Positions 9,850-20,904 of a DNA stretch of 64,000 nucleotides are shown here, piece by piece. Location: NCBI GenBank assembly GCA_964486045.1, contig CAZALK010000015.1, positions 1 to 64,000 on the forward strand. The letters are read 5' to 3'. Each line of letters starts with the position of its first letter. Positions within the stretch are counted from its first letter, which is position 1. Under the pieces are notes generated by a model. The model saw only the letters and a list, made by a program, of their open reading frames with translations. It did not search any database and was not told where the DNA came from. The DNA comes from an uncultured archaeon. Lineage in GTDB: Archaea > Asgardarchaeota > Lokiarchaeia > Sigyniarchaeales > SOKP01. The translations under genes were made by a program, and so were the position numbers.

Positions 9850-10941
9850 ATGACAACAGGTATAATTTATGATAATATTTACTTAGAACATAACACTGGT
9901 ACTCATCCAGAAAGCCATTATAGATTAGTAGCAATCATGGAATTTTTAAAAGAAAAATCACTACTTGAAGATCCAAGCTTTAAAGTAATTAAACCGAGAA
10001 AGGCAACCCTAGATCAAATTAAATATGTCCATAGGGAAAGGTTAATAAAAGAGATTCAAGAGATTTGCGAAGTAAGTTTAAAAACACATCGGCTTCAAGA
10101 AATTGATTGGGATACTGTAGCATCTCCTAAAACATATGAAGCATCCTTATACTCAGTTGGAGGGAATTTACAAGCTATTGATGAAATTCTAAATGATAAT
10201 ATAATGAATGCTTTCGCTTTAGTAAGACCGCCTGGACATCACTCTAACTCACATCGGTTTGCTGGATTTTGTATATTCAATAATGTTGCTGTTGCAGCAG
10301 AATATCTTTTTAAGGAAAAAGGAATTAAAAAAATAGTTATAATAGACTGGGATTGTCATCATGGTAATGGTACACAAGATATTTTTTACAAAGGTTCTAA
10401 GTCAGAATCAGGTGAATTAATCATGTTTAATTCACACCAATATGGTAATTTTTACCCAGGGACGGGTAACTATGATGAAATTGGTACTGGTAGAGGGGCA
10501 GGTAAAGTCATTAATTACCCAATGCCAGCTGGAACTAGTGATGATGCAATTCTGCCTTATTTTGATGAAATAATTGCACCTATATGTGAAGAATTTAAAC
10601 CAGAATTTATCCTAATTTCTGCTGGCTTTGATACCCATTGGACTGACAAAAATGCAGAATTGAACTGGACATACCAAGCACCAGCAAACTACTTAAAAAA
10701 AATTAAAACAATCGCTAAGAAATATGCAAATAATAGAGTTCTCTTAACATTGGAGGGTGGATATGAATTAGATAAACAAGCTCGGGCTGTTTATAATTGT
10801 TTAAAAGTTCTTAATGATGAGGAAAATAGTTTAATACAAGAAGAACCAAGAAAATCACGATCCGAATTGCTAAATTATTTTCACAAAAGATTAATCCCCG
10901 CCTTAAAGGAAAAATTAAGTCCATACTGGAATTGTTTCTAA
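9850..10941 (+). CDS. Histone deacetylase family protein
   Basis: HPE, RPPGHH, GFCIFNN, DWDCHHGNGTQ, SAGFD, LEGGY motifs. Confidence 0.93.
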   Translation: MTTGIIYDNIYLEHNTGTHPESHYRLVAIMEFLKEKSLLEDPSFKVIKPRKATLDQIKYVHRERLIKEIQEICEVSLKTHRLQEIDWDTVASPKTYEASLYSVGGNLQAIDEILNDNIMNAFALVRPPGHHSNSHRFAGFCIFNNVAVAAEYLFKEKGIKKIVIIDWDCHHGNGTQDIFYKGSKSESGELIMFNSHQYGNFYPGTGNYDEIGTGRGAGKVINYPMPAGTSDDAILPYFDEIIAPICEEFKPEFILISAGFDTHWTDKNAELNWTYQAPANYLKKIKTIAKKYANNRVLLTLEGGYELDKQARAVYNCLKVLNDEENSLIQEEPRKSRSELLNYFHKRLIPALKEKLSPYWNCF

Positions 10942-11052
10942 ACTCTTAGGTATTTAGCAATCTTATTATTATACATTGATTTATAAACTTAAATACTATA
11001 TTTAAGTTAAATAACCAATTATAATTTCATAAAAATATCTAAGGAGATTATT

Positions 11053-12051
11053 TTGTCGTATGAATACGAGAGAGAAGATGAAGAAGAAAAAACGAAAAAA
11101 TCATTAACACCCCCACCGATGCCACCACCTTCAATTACTCCAACAATACCTCCCCCTTTAATGCCACCACCTTCAATTACTCCAACAACACCTCCTCCTT
11201 CACCCCCACCTATGACACCACCACCAGTACGACCTTCTCCAGAACAACCTTTAGTGCCACCCCCCTTAGATACTCCACCCCCTCCTCTGAGTATATCCTC
11301 ATCTCCTCCTGTAATTGAGACTCCTGTAATACCCACCATGGATCTAATCCCCCCCCCGGCTTCCACGCCCATCTCTACTATTTCTACAGGACCTTCACAA
11401 GAAGAACATAACTCCTTAATAACCCAACTTGAAGAAAGGGAATCAATAATTAAACAGTTACAGAGTAGTTTAAATGATGTTAATACTCAAAGTTCTACAA
11501 TAAATGCTCAACTTCTTGAAAAAGATAATCAAATTAACCACTTAAAAGGCCAAATTCAATCTCTTCAAACTTCTGCTGACGCCTACCAAAAACAAGTAAA
11601 TCAACTTACTGATGAGAACGCTCAATTGCAGGTACATATCCCTGGGCTAGAACAGCAAGTTCAAGACTTACAACAACATAATTCAATTTTGCAACAACAA
11701 ATCGATCCATTACAAACTCAAGTTACTAAACTGCAAGAAGAGGTAGCTTATAGAGATAGAAGAATTAATGAACTAAAAGAACCTAAAGCAGTAATGTCTT
11801 CGAGTTTAGCACAAGGAATTACAGCTCAATCAACACCAGGATACGAGCCCAGTCCATCTTACAGCTCCACACCAGCACCCACTGTAAGCCCGGCGATACC
11901 GACTGGAACCGGAAGAAGGTTATGTCCTAATTGCGGCGCTTCAGGGTTTGCAGTTAAAGAAGTTGAAGATAGAAGTCGTATAATAAGCTATATTCCAAAG
12001 CCAATTTACGCAAAAAAATATGTTTGTACTAAATGTGGCTTTGAATTTTGA
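11053..12051 (+). CDS. Polyproline / coiled-coil / C-terminal Zn-ribbon protein
   Basis: Pro-rich ~95 aa, heptad Q/L coiled coil, CPNCG..CTKCG; SD AAGGAG before TTG. Confidence 0.85.
   Translation: MSYEYEREDEEEKTKKSLTPPPMPPPSITPTIPPPLMPPPSITPTTPPPSPPPMTPPPVRPSPEQPLVPPPLDTPPPPLSISSSPPVIETPVIPTMDLIPPPASTPISTISTGPSQEEHNSLITQLEERESIIKQLQSSLNDVNTQSSTINAQLLEKDNQINHLKGQIQSLQTSADAYQKQVNQLTDENAQLQVHIPGLEQQVQDLQQHNSILQQQIDPLQTQVTKLQEEVAYRDRRINELKEPKAVMSSSLAQGITAQSTPGYEPSPSYSSTPAPTVSPAIPTGTGRRLCPNCGASGFAVKEVEDRSRIISYIPKPIYAKKYVCTKCGFEF
11119..11202 (+). repeat. 42-bp tandem duplication (MPPPSITPTxPPPx x2)
   Basis: ATGCCACCACCTTCAATTACTCCAACAA at 11119 and 11161. Confidence 0.9.
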
Positions 12052-12393
12052 ATTAGGGGCTATCTTCTCCGTGTATTACAATCTTAAAATTATCAAATGA
12101 ATTACGATTCCAAATTTAAATGTTTAGGAAGAGCCGATTTTAGCAGCATTATTAAGACCTAAGACAAAGTTTAAATATAGAATAATTAACCTTTATGACA
12201 AAATCTGTCTTTCAATCATCCTCATGTTATTTCTTTTTAAATCTAATTATATTTTAGAAAAGAATTCATATGTTTTTATTATTTTTGGAAAGTTCGAATT
12301 ATTTGTTTTTTATGTAGAAAATTATTTATATCATAATTTTGATTAATATTCTAAACTTTTTTTCGATTATAATTAGGTTCAATTTACGATAAT

Positions 12394-15300
12394 ATGTCAG
12401 AATTAAGAGAAGAATTACTCGGTGGTGGTATCAATAGAAAAAAAGCATTAGGAGTGATATTAGTAGCCGTTCTTTTAATTTCTGTATTTGCTCTCTCAAC
12501 TTTTTTTATTAGTCTCTTATTCGGAAGCCAAAGAACAAATCCCAATAGAGAAAAGGCCAACACTGACTATGAACCTGCCGAATTAATAGCAGCCCCTTAT
12601 CCTTTTGATGCGGATTTTTGGCAAGATTTATTGGATCAATTAGATCCAGAAGATATCCCAGCAGTTCTCGACATGCTTTCCGATATGTTTGATGGGGATA
12701 TAGATGATTTAGACTTAGGAAATATGTCCCAAAGTATCCTAGCTCTGTTATATTCTGGAGCGGGAGAAATGGAGGTATTTAGAGTTTATAATTATCTCAA
12801 TTTTGCAAATATGTCAGATGTCTTATGGAAGTATGAAAGCTTTGATCAATATACTGGAGATGGATGGCAATCAACAGCTGGTTCTGATCTTTATAGCTTT
12901 TTTCCATATGGTGAGTATTTTTCTAAATATTCACCCGATCCAGAACTTCTTAAATTAAAGATGCCACTATCCCCGAATACTGGGATAAATTCAATGGTAA
13001 TACCTTCCCTTTTCCCTACTCCCAACATTATGGAAAATAGTATTTCTGCACCAAATTTGATTCCTGGAACAGAAACCTTATATAAAACAGATTTTAATTC
13101 TACTACTCTAGATTTATCTTTTTCTTCCGATGTTGACGTCAATATGACATATGAGATGTTTGGATTCCACCTACCCTCTGATTCAGAAATTAATGACAGT
13201 GCAGTTGAAGCTAGTTGGACACCCGCTCCTATACAAGCTAAGTATTTACAATTACCCCCTGATATAGATACATATAAAAGTAACAATCTGTACTTCACCA
13301 ATCACACCAATATATTGAACGGAACAATAAATGACACCGATAACGCATTTGAAGTTGCTGATAAAATAAGAATTTATTTACAAACCCAATTTTCTTTTCC
13401 CCTGGATCCTGATGACTACAACCCTGCACCGGAAGGTAGGGATGTTGTAGATTGGTTTTGTGAGACCCAACAAGGATTATGGTCAGATTTTGCCTCTGGT
13501 TATGTTGCATTTACTAGGGCTTTTGGAGTATCAAGTCGATATATTGATGGATTCAATAGCCTGATGGTTGAAGAATTTTTTGATGATGATGAGGGTCTGT
13601 GGGGATTTGCTGTTAAATATAAAAATATCTATAGTTGGGCAGAAATATACGTTCCAACAGATATCTCTGGAACTGGGAATTGGGTTCAAATGGATGTTTT
13701 TGATAGTTATGCTGGAGGTGGAAACCCTTTATTAGGAGGAAATTATAATATTACTGTTCTACCAGATAAGTTTACAGTCATTAGACCAGATGTAGTAAAT
13801 ATAACAGCTATAATGTCTTCAAATGTCGGTGATCCTGTTGATAACAACGTGCTTACATTTACAGACTTAACTAATGGGCAAGAAATCGGTAGGACTGCCT
13901 CAGATTCATTTGGAGTTGCTTCAGTTTTATACAATATTAATAATTCTCATGTTGTTGGGCCTCACATAATTGAAGCCAGGTATGATTTTTTTACAGCGGG
14001 GGTAAATTTAACTACGATCCTAGGAAATATCGGTGTTAATCTTACAATTGTTACTCCACAAGTAATTAATCGTTCAGATGCTCTCCCAGATTCTATTAAT
14101 GTTCAAGGAGTACTCTATGATCCTTTGAATGGAAAGAGAGTCGAAGATGCAAGTATTAATTTGCTTTTATTTCAAGTTGGTACTAGTATTGTAGAATTTG
14201 GGGCATTTACTCCCGCATCAACTATGACAGATGCTAACGGTAATTTCAATGATAATTTAATTATAAATCCAATAGTTTCAGCTGGACAATATGAAGTTCG
14301 GGCAGATTTCAATGGAACCTGGATTTTATATGGCTTTCCTTTAATTGTACCAATTATAAACGATTCAAGTAGCAGAATACCATTAAATTTAACAACAACC
14401 TTAACAACTTGGTTTTACATTGATGGCATCTCAACAGCAAATCCCGATTTACCTTCAGTGTCTAGATTTCAAATACTAAACCTCACAGCAATAGTTATAT
14501 TGGAAGGTTTTGGACCAATATCTAACGAGGTAGTCAATTTTTTTGATTATACAAGGGGAGGAATTCCAATTGGATCCGATACTTCTGATATAAATGGATT
14601 CGCTTCGATCAACTACACAGTTGGATTTAATAGCTTAACAGGACCTAATTTATTGTATTCAATTATAGGTTCACAATTTAATTATTCATATTTTATTTTA
14701 AATGAAGAGCCTATAATCAATGCCAATTCAGGTCCTACCCCACGAGTTATCAATCGAACTGGGGGTGGTGCTACACAATTTAATGTTGGTGGAGACATCA
14801 CTGATGCTACTAATCCGCTAAGTTTCTCTGTAATTACTTTAAAGCTAATGAAAGGTGATACAGATTATTCTTCTTACCTAGTACCCATTGAAGGCTATCC
14901 TTATCAGACTGATATAACAGGTACATTTGATCTGAATTTCGGAGTTGCTCCTAATACCCCACCAGGCAATTACTCACTAAGACTAGATTTTAATGGAACG
15001 ATAGACTTAACGAGTTATCCATACCCATATGTTTTCAACTTATCTTATATAAATACTTCAACATATTATAGTTTTGATCTCAAAATAGATGCAGAATCCA
15101 CATTAGAATTTTGGATAAATGGTTTCCCCTCAGATGATGCTTACAATCCAATAATTAATAGAGACGGGATTCTAAATCTCACTGTTTATGTTCATCAAGC
15201 AGGTGCTCCAGTTGCAGATGGAGAATGGGTTTATTTCCTTGATGAAACTCAGGATAATCTATTCATTGGAGCCGATCAAACAAGTGCGGGATATGCTCAG

Positions 15301-16818
15301 GTTTTTTATAATACAAATTGGAATACAACAGCGGGACCTCATTTAATTTATGCTACCTGGAATAACAAATTTAATTTCTCATATTTTATCCTTGATGCCC
15401 CAATATCCGTAAATCTTGATGTGTCCCCACAACCAAACGAAATAAATCGTAGTGGTGGGATTGGAAGAAATTTTTGGATCCATGGATATTTGAATGATTC
15501 TTCAAACGGAAATCCTGTTAAATTCGGCCTAATAGAAGTTCGTCTTAATGATTCTGCTGACGTATCATTTTATTTAAACGAACCAAGATTCACTAACCTT
15601 GGTGGGACTGGAGAGATTGATTTGATGTATTCTGTATCAGCCTCAACTCCAGCAAAAAACTATTCACTTCAAGTGCGGTTTGATGGATTTTTTAACTATT
15701 TAACACCATTTTATCCTCAATTTTTTAATTTAAATTTTCTAGGTAATAATATGACAGATAGCGCATTTGGATTCTTTGATTTAAAGGTAATCGATCCAAC
15801 TGATATAGACATAAATTTCTTTATTGATGGAACTCCTACTTTAACGTCATATAGCGATGGGCAACCACCTGAAACCTATAATGGTGGAGAACAGATTAAT
15901 TTTAGTGTTTACATAACTCAAGGGGGAGCCCCCGTTAATGGAACTGTTTCATTTACTGACGTTTATACCGGTGATCCTTTAGGAACTCAGCCTGTGGTTC
16001 TTGGTTATGCTTCAATTTTGGCTAATTCTACCAGTTGGCATGCAGGACTTCATCGAATAAGAGCTCAGTGGTCAGGATCAACTACGTTTAATAGAACATA
16101 TGTTATAATAAATAAAACGGTCAGTATTTTCAGATCTGTTGACAAAACATCAATTTTAAGGAATATTGATATGTTTTCTGTTTCAGGAACAGTTCAGGAA
16201 GGCGGGGAACTTTTAATAGGATTAAATGTTAACCTTATTTTATTAGATAGCGATTTTAATGATGTTTCTGGATTTTTATCATTTCCCCCTCAACAGATAG
16301 ACACAACAGATATCTTCGGATACTTTCAATTTGATAATTTAGTGGATATCACCTGCCCACAAGGACAATATTATATTAGGATTGATTTCAATGGAACGAT
16401 AAGCGAACCTGGTATATTTTTGAGTAACTATATGATTTATAGTAATAGCTCATTGATTCCGATTGATATTATTGCAGGGACTTCACTTAGTGGTAATTAT
16501 GAAACTAAGTACGTCCCAGATTATTGGTATTTTGGTGATGATTGCTATGTATATGGAAACCTCATTTGGGATAACTTAGCCCCAATGGCTGGGATAGAAA
16601 TTAATGTTACTATTAGAGATGGACTCGGGGCTATTTTAACTAGTCAAACTGGTTTTACAGACGGTGCCGGCTTTTTTAATTTCACATTTACTGTAGGAAA
16701 TTGGACAGCCGACACAGAAATATGGGTATATTTTTATCCTGAAGATCCAATTAATTTCGGTATTCCTGATGGTTTATATATATTATCAATTCAACAAGAA
16801 TTTTTACGAGCGCCGTAA
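12394..16818 (+). CDS. Large N-terminally anchored transglutaminase-like protein with Ig-like repeats; catalytic residues substituted
   Basis: TM at the N-terminus; TGase-like core DVVDWF..GLWSDFAS..RAFGVSSRYIDGF..YSWAEIY..WVQMD; repeated beta-sandwich units (GxYxxRxDFNGT). Confidence 0.8.
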   Translation: MSELREELLGGGINRKKALGVILVAVLLISVFALSTFFISLLFGSQRTNPNREKANTDYEPAELIAAPYPFDADFWQDLLDQLDPEDIPAVLDMLSDMFDGDIDDLDLGNMSQSILALLYSGAGEMEVFRVYNYLNFANMSDVLWKYESFDQYTGDGWQSTAGSDLYSFFPYGEYFSKYSPDPELLKLKMPLSPNTGINSMVIPSLFPTPNIMENSISAPNLIPGTETLYKTDFNSTTLDLSFSSDVDVNMTYEMFGFHLPSDSEINDSAVEASWTPAPIQAKYLQLPPDIDTYKSNNLYFTNHTNILNGTINDTDNAFEVADKIRIYLQTQFSFPLDPDDYNPAPEGRDVVDWFCETQQGLWSDFASGYVAFTRAFGVSSRYIDGFNSLMVEEFFDDDEGLWGFAVKYKNIYSWAEIYVPTDISGTGNWVQMDVFDSYAGGGNPLLGGNYNITVLPDKFTVIRPDVVNITAIMSSNVGDPVDNNVLTFTDLTNGQEIGRTASDSFGVASVLYNINNSHVVGPHIIEARYDFFTAGVNLTTILGNIGVNLTIVTPQVINRSDALPDSINVQGVLYDPLNGKRVEDASINLLLFQVGTSIVEFGAFTPASTMTDANGNFNDNLIINPIVSAGQYEVRADFNGTWILYGFPLIVPIINDSSSRIPLNLTTTLTTWFYIDGISTANPDLPSVSRFQILNLTAIVILEGFGPISNEVVNFFDYTRGGIPIGSDTSDINGFASINYTVGFNSLTGPNLLYSIIGSQFNYSYFILNEEPIINANSGPTPRVINRTGGGATQFNVGGDITDATNPLSFSVITLKLMKGDTDYSSYLVPIEGYPYQTDITGTFDLNFGVAPNTPPGNYSLRLDFNGTIDLTSYPYPYVFNLSYINTSTYYSFDLKIDAESTLEFWINGFPSDDAYNPIINRDGILNLTVYVHQAGAPVADGEWVYFLDETQDNLFIGADQTSAGYAQVFYNTNWNTTAGPHLIYATWNNKFNFSYFILDAPISVNLDVSPQPNEINRSGGIGRNFWIHGYLNDSSNGNPVKFGLIEVRLNDSADVSFYLNEPRFTNLGGTGEIDLMYSVSASTPAKNYSLQVRFDGFFNYLTPFYPQFFNLNFLGNNMTDSAFGFFDLKVIDPTDIDINFFIDGTPTLTSYSDGQPPETYNGGEQINFSVYITQGGAPVNGTVSFTDVYTGDPLGTQPVVLGYASILANSTSWHAGLHRIRAQWSGSTTFNRTYVIINKTVSIFRSVDKTSILRNIDMFSVSGTVQEGGELLIGLNVNLILLDSDFNDVSGFLSFPPQQIDTTDIFGYFQFDNLVDITCPQGQYYIRIDFNGTISEPGIFLSNYMIYSNSSLIPIDIIAGTSLSGNYETKYVPDYWYFGDDCYVYGNLIWDNLAPMAGIEINVTIRDGLGAILTSQTGFTDGAGFFNFTFTVGNWTADTEIWVYFYPEDPINFGIPDGLYILSIQQEFLRAP

Positions 16819-16844
16819 ATTTAGAGGAATGGAGATTGCGTAGA

Positions 16845-18458
16845 ATGAACCGTCTAAAAATAAAAAAATTCAAAAAAAATCATTTTATCAATAGGAAACT
16901 TTCAGCTTTTATCATATTTATATTCCTATCTGTAATTATTTCAAATATTTTTGTCACTAATTATTCATATAATGAAAATCCTGCCCATAGTAATAAGGAA
17001 AAACCAAAGATGTCTTGGTTTTGGGCAACCTTAGACCTTACCAATCCTGTTGAAGTAAATAATTCATTGGTCACTCACTTCACATCAATATCTGTTAAAG
17101 GACATCTCTATAACAAAATTTTTAGTGAAAATAAGGTAGGGATTAATGTAGCTCTTGAGGTTGATGATGTTGTTGATATGGGCTATACAGATGTAACTGA
17201 CACAAACGGTCTATTTGATATTAACTACATAATTGATGAATTTCTAGATATATATTCTAGTCATAAAATTGAAGTAATTGTTACCGACTTTGAGCCGGGT
17301 GGTCCGGGAAGTGAAATTGAATATTCGCATTTTTATACTATTTATGTAAATGCAACATCGTTTTTTGATATCGATCTTGTTTCTTCTGATGACCCTTCAG
17401 TGGCTAAATTAACTGGAGAAGATTTTAATGTTGTTGGAAACTTAAGATATGACAACGCACAAGTTATTCCATTTGTTAATGTAAACTATTATTGGCTCGA
17501 TGGTGCTACTATTGTCTCTCAAGGATCTTTCTTTACTGATATTTCTGGCTCTCTAATAAGCCTACAAATTCCAAATACATTAGCAAGTTATTTGACCTTG
17601 AAATTTAATTACACAAATCCTCCTTTTGTAGGTTACTCTGAAGGTTCGATCTCTAATATAAATGTCTTTTCAGATGTGAATTTTGGTTTAAACATAGATT
17701 TTATTACAACTGAAGGGGCCAATTATCTTTTAACTGGAACGTTATCATCCAGTACAAATCCATCTATAAAAATTGGATATCGAGATCTAGATGTTAATTT
17801 TAATGGAACTACTGTTGATACTGTGACAACTGCTGCTGATGGCACATTCTCCTCTAGTTTTACTATACCTCAGCAGAATGGGTCAGCATCAATTCAGGTT
17901 GATCTAGATAATTCTGCAGGGAAAACACTTAATTCCGCTCCACAATTTATTACAGTTGAAAATCGACCAACATCAACTCAAAGACCCATCGGAATACCCC
18001 GTGGATTTATTTTTTCAATAATATTTTTTTCTATTTTGATAGGTATTGTTGTTGGTTTAGCCGTATATGGGTTTTTCTTTTATAAAAAACAAGAAGAAGA
18101 ATCTAGAGTGGTGGCTATTCCTCTTGAATCAAAAATTTTAAATCTAAAAATTCTAAAAGAAACAGGTAGATTAGAAGAATCTCTCTCTTATTTATTTAAT
18201 GGAATTTATCTGGATTTAATAAATGCTAAGTATAATATAGTTAGAAAGGAAAATGAGACAATTCGGGATTTTGCTATAATCTCAGTAAAGGAATTAAAAT
18301 TAACACCCGCCTCCATTTATCCATTTATTCAACAAGTTGAGGAAATTATCTATGGCAAACCCTACAAAATAACTGAAGAAGATTTTTACAAAACTTGTGA
18401 GTTATTTTCACCAATATACTTTCAATTAACAAGAAATAATTTTGTTTTAAATTTTTAA
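16845..18458 (+). CDS. Membrane protein: Ig-like ectodomain, TM, C-terminal DUF4129-like domain
   Basis: N-terminal hydrophobic segment, TM near aa 390-415, ETIRDFA..VEEIIYG motif. Confidence 0.75.
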   Translation: MNRLKIKKFKKNHFINRKLSAFIIFIFLSVIISNIFVTNYSYNENPAHSNKEKPKMSWFWATLDLTNPVEVNNSLVTHFTSISVKGHLYNKIFSENKVGINVALEVDDVVDMGYTDVTDTNGLFDINYIIDEFLDIYSSHKIEVIVTDFEPGGPGSEIEYSHFYTIYVNATSFFDIDLVSSDDPSVAKLTGEDFNVVGNLRYDNAQVIPFVNVNYYWLDGATIVSQGSFFTDISGSLISLQIPNTLASYLTLKFNYTNPPFVGYSEGSISNINVFSDVNFGLNIDFITTEGANYLLTGTLSSSTNPSIKIGYRDLDVNFNGTTVDTVTTAADGTFSSSFTIPQQNGSASIQVDLDNSAGKTLNSAPQFITVENRPTSTQRPIGIPRGFIFSIIFFSILIGIVVGLAVYGFFFYKKQEEESRVVAIPLESKILNLKILKETGRLEESLSYLFNGIYLDLINAKYNIVRKENETIRDFAIISVKELKLTPASIYPFIQQVEEIIYGKPYKITEEDFYKTCELFSPIYFQLTRNNFVLNF

Positions 18459-18577
18459 ACCAACTCAAAATGAATATAATAATACTGTTAAAAAAGAAAA
18501 GGAAGTACAAAAAATTATAAATTCAAAATAAATTATTAATTAAATTGTTTGAAAAAATACAGAAATAGGTTATAAAA

Positions 18578-18961
18578 ATGGCTAAAAAGAAAAAGAAGAA
18601 GAAATCAAAAGAACCAGAAATAGACATAAATCAGAAATTTGAAAATGTTAAAGTGTTAGTTGATACTGAGAGACCCAAAGAAGCAATAGCATACATCTAC
18701 CTAGTTTACGATGATCTCATTAACGTGAAGTTTAAAAAACCCAGGTTAATACATCAAACTATTCGAGAATATGCAATTAAATGTGTAAACGAAATAGAAA
18801 AAAAATTAAAACCACAATCAGTATATCCATTTATAAAAAAAATAGAAGATATTATATATGGAGGAGTAGAACCTACTACTAAAGAAATAAACTTCACCAT
18901 TGATTTATTTTCTAATCTTTACAACGAAATCACAGGAAAAACTGTTAATTTCTCGGTGTAG
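18578..18961 (+). CDS. Stand-alone DUF4129-like protein
   Basis: QTIREYA..VYPFIKKIEDIIYGG; clear paralog of the upstream gene's C-terminus. Confidence 0.75.
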   Translation: MAKKKKKKKSKEPEIDINQKFENVKVLVDTERPKEAIAYIYLVYDDLINVKFKKPRLIHQTIREYAIKCVNEIEKKLKPQSVYPFIKKIEDIIYGGVEPTTKEINFTIDLFSNLYNEITGKTVNFSV

Positions 18962-19018
18962 ATTATCTTCATGACAATGTAATTCAAAATGAATTAAAAT
19001 ACTTTAGGGAAATTTAAA

Positions 19019-20821
19019 ATGGTTCAGAAAGGAAAAACCTCTAAAAGGAGTGCCAACATATCCAAAGGGATAATTTTCACTTTTTTTATAGTTTACCTTT
19101 TAGTTTTTGGTGTTATAATTAGTGGATTTTCTAGTGCACTGAAAATTGCAAATCCGGAGGGTTTTCCTATTTTCATAACTTATATCCCACTTTTATGTTA
19201 TATTGGGTCCCTATTTTGTGGGATTGGTTTTCTCATTTTTGTAAGAAATGCTACTGCTCGAAAATCGCGGGAAACCCAATCACGGAAAAAAATCAAATCC
19301 GGTTCAATGTATAAACAAGCTCTATTTCTTATTATATTCATTTTTTCTTTTATTCCTTTATTTTCACCAGCAATCGATGAAGGTGAAAATACACAACACT
19401 TTTCGGTTTATAATCCAAATTGGAATGGGGCTTCGAAATTTAAACAGATAATTGAAGATGATGGTTACGATGTAATGACTGTACAATCGAGTTTGAGTGC
19501 TACTGAACGATTAATAAATACAACAGTTAATGGTAACTTAAAAACCTCAATATTACTAATTTTGATGGGGCCTAACCAATTTTATGATCCCATATTCGAA
19601 ATTCCTTATTTTATAAAATTCTTTAATGAATCGAACTCCCTCTTTATTTTACATGATTTTGGATCAACAAGCACCCTGCTTTGGGAAATTATGTTGGGTG
19701 CCATGTTTGATCCTACCATAAATATTCCTGTTACAATATTTCCTGACGGTGTGTTACGTGACAATGGATCTTATGCTCCTGATGCTACTACTGACTTTCC
19801 AATAATTAAAAATTTTAATGCCCATCCAACTACAACCTACCCTAATTTAATAAGCGAAGTAATACTCTCAGTTTCTTCTTGCGCTGTGGGAGGTGAATTT
19901 ATTACGGCTTTTGGATGGGATCCTATTGGTTCTACTACAGGGTATGCTTTTATAGACAAAGATAATAATAAATATTATAACAGTCCTGAAGATGATCTTG
20001 ATCTAGGTTTTATGAGTTTCTTTTCAGATCTCTTACCCCTCCCATTTCCAAGCACATTTCCTCTTGGAGGATACTCTCAATACGTATTCCTAGCAAAAGA
20101 TTTGGGTACTGGAAAGCCTCGACTTTTTGTTTCTGCTGATGCCAGCCTATTTAATAATGAGCTAATTGATGATCCTTCATATGATAATACACAATTTGCA
20201 ATAAATATAATAGAATGGCTTACTTATGTAAATGATCCTGGTGATGGAAGAACTAAACAAGATTGGGTGATTGTCTTTGATGAGGCACATATCCGTCCAG
20301 AAAATTCAAGAGACCTTACTTCTGCTGGGATTTTTGGATTTATTATGCAATATATTGTACACCTCTCTACAAATCCTATTACATCATGGATTTATCCCCT
20401 TCTCGCGTTTTATACATTGAGAAAATATCTTCCTAAAAAGGATAAAAAAAAGGAAGAAAGAAAAATTGCTGAGGAAGAAGAAAAGAAAGAAGAAAAGGCT
20501 CGTTTCAGAACGTCATCTTTTTTTGCCCAAAAGATTGAAGAATTTAGAGATCACAACAAATATGGTGAAGCATTAAAATTGTTATATAGGAGATTAGAAA
20601 GAAAGTTAAATGTACAATTGCAGGGGCAAAAAATTACTACTCAAAATGTTGCTGATTTAGTTGTCGCAAAAAACCCTTCTATAACTAAAATGAAGACAAA
20701 AAGATTAACCAAATTTATGGATAAAATCCTCTCCCTCAAAGAGGGAAAGTTAAAAGTTAGAACTGAAGAAGAATTTGAAAACTTATTCTTCGAAATGGGT
20801 TGGGCAGTTGAAAATATTTAA
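19019..20821 (+). CDS. DUF4350-like membrane protein
   Basis: 3 TMs, FSVYNPNWNGAS, ADASLFNNELI, VFDEAH, TM, helical tail; MoxR operon context. Confidence 0.75.
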   Translation: MVQKGKTSKRSANISKGIIFTFFIVYLLVFGVIISGFSSALKIANPEGFPIFITYIPLLCYIGSLFCGIGFLIFVRNATARKSRETQSRKKIKSGSMYKQALFLIIFIFSFIPLFSPAIDEGENTQHFSVYNPNWNGASKFKQIIEDDGYDVMTVQSSLSATERLINTTVNGNLKTSILLILMGPNQFYDPIFEIPYFIKFFNESNSLFILHDFGSTSTLLWEIMLGAMFDPTINIPVTIFPDGVLRDNGSYAPDATTDFPIIKNFNAHPTTTYPNLISEVILSVSSCAVGGEFITAFGWDPIGSTTGYAFIDKDNNKYYNSPEDDLDLGFMSFFSDLLPLPFPSTFPLGGYSQYVFLAKDLGTGKPRLFVSADASLFNNELIDDPSYDNTQFAINIIEWLTYVNDPGDGRTKQDWVIVFDEAHIRPENSRDLTSAGIFGFIMQYIVHLSTNPITSWIYPLLAFYTLRKYLPKKDKKKEERKIAEEEEKKEEKARFRTSSFFAQKIEEFRDHNKYGEALKLLYRRLERKLNVQLQGQKITTQNVADLVVAKNPSITKMKTKRLTKFMDKILSLKEGKLKVRTEEEFENLFFEMGWAVENI

Positions 20822-20904
20822 TCATATTTATATTAAAAAAAAATAAAAAAATAATAATTAATAAACTAAAAAAAATAAAACAAAACAAAAGAAGGTGAAT
20901 AAAA

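Noticed and set aside
11019-11372. Gly-rich antisense ORF
   Set aside because: Reverse complement of the polyproline codons.
12049-12160. TGA-ending gene followed by ATGA..AAA..GA, a possible SECIS/selenoprotein
   Set aside because: No convincing stem between the motifs, and the TGA follows a complete Zn-ribbon C-terminus.
18488-18505. 18-nt exact match (TTAAAAAAGAAAAGGAAG) to the mini-CRISPR spacer, in an intergenic gap of the MoxR operon
   Set aside because: Low-complexity purine tract; it covers spacer nt 8-25 only, the PAM-proximal seed is mismatched and the flank is AAT rather than AAG. Not accepted as self-targeting without further evidence.
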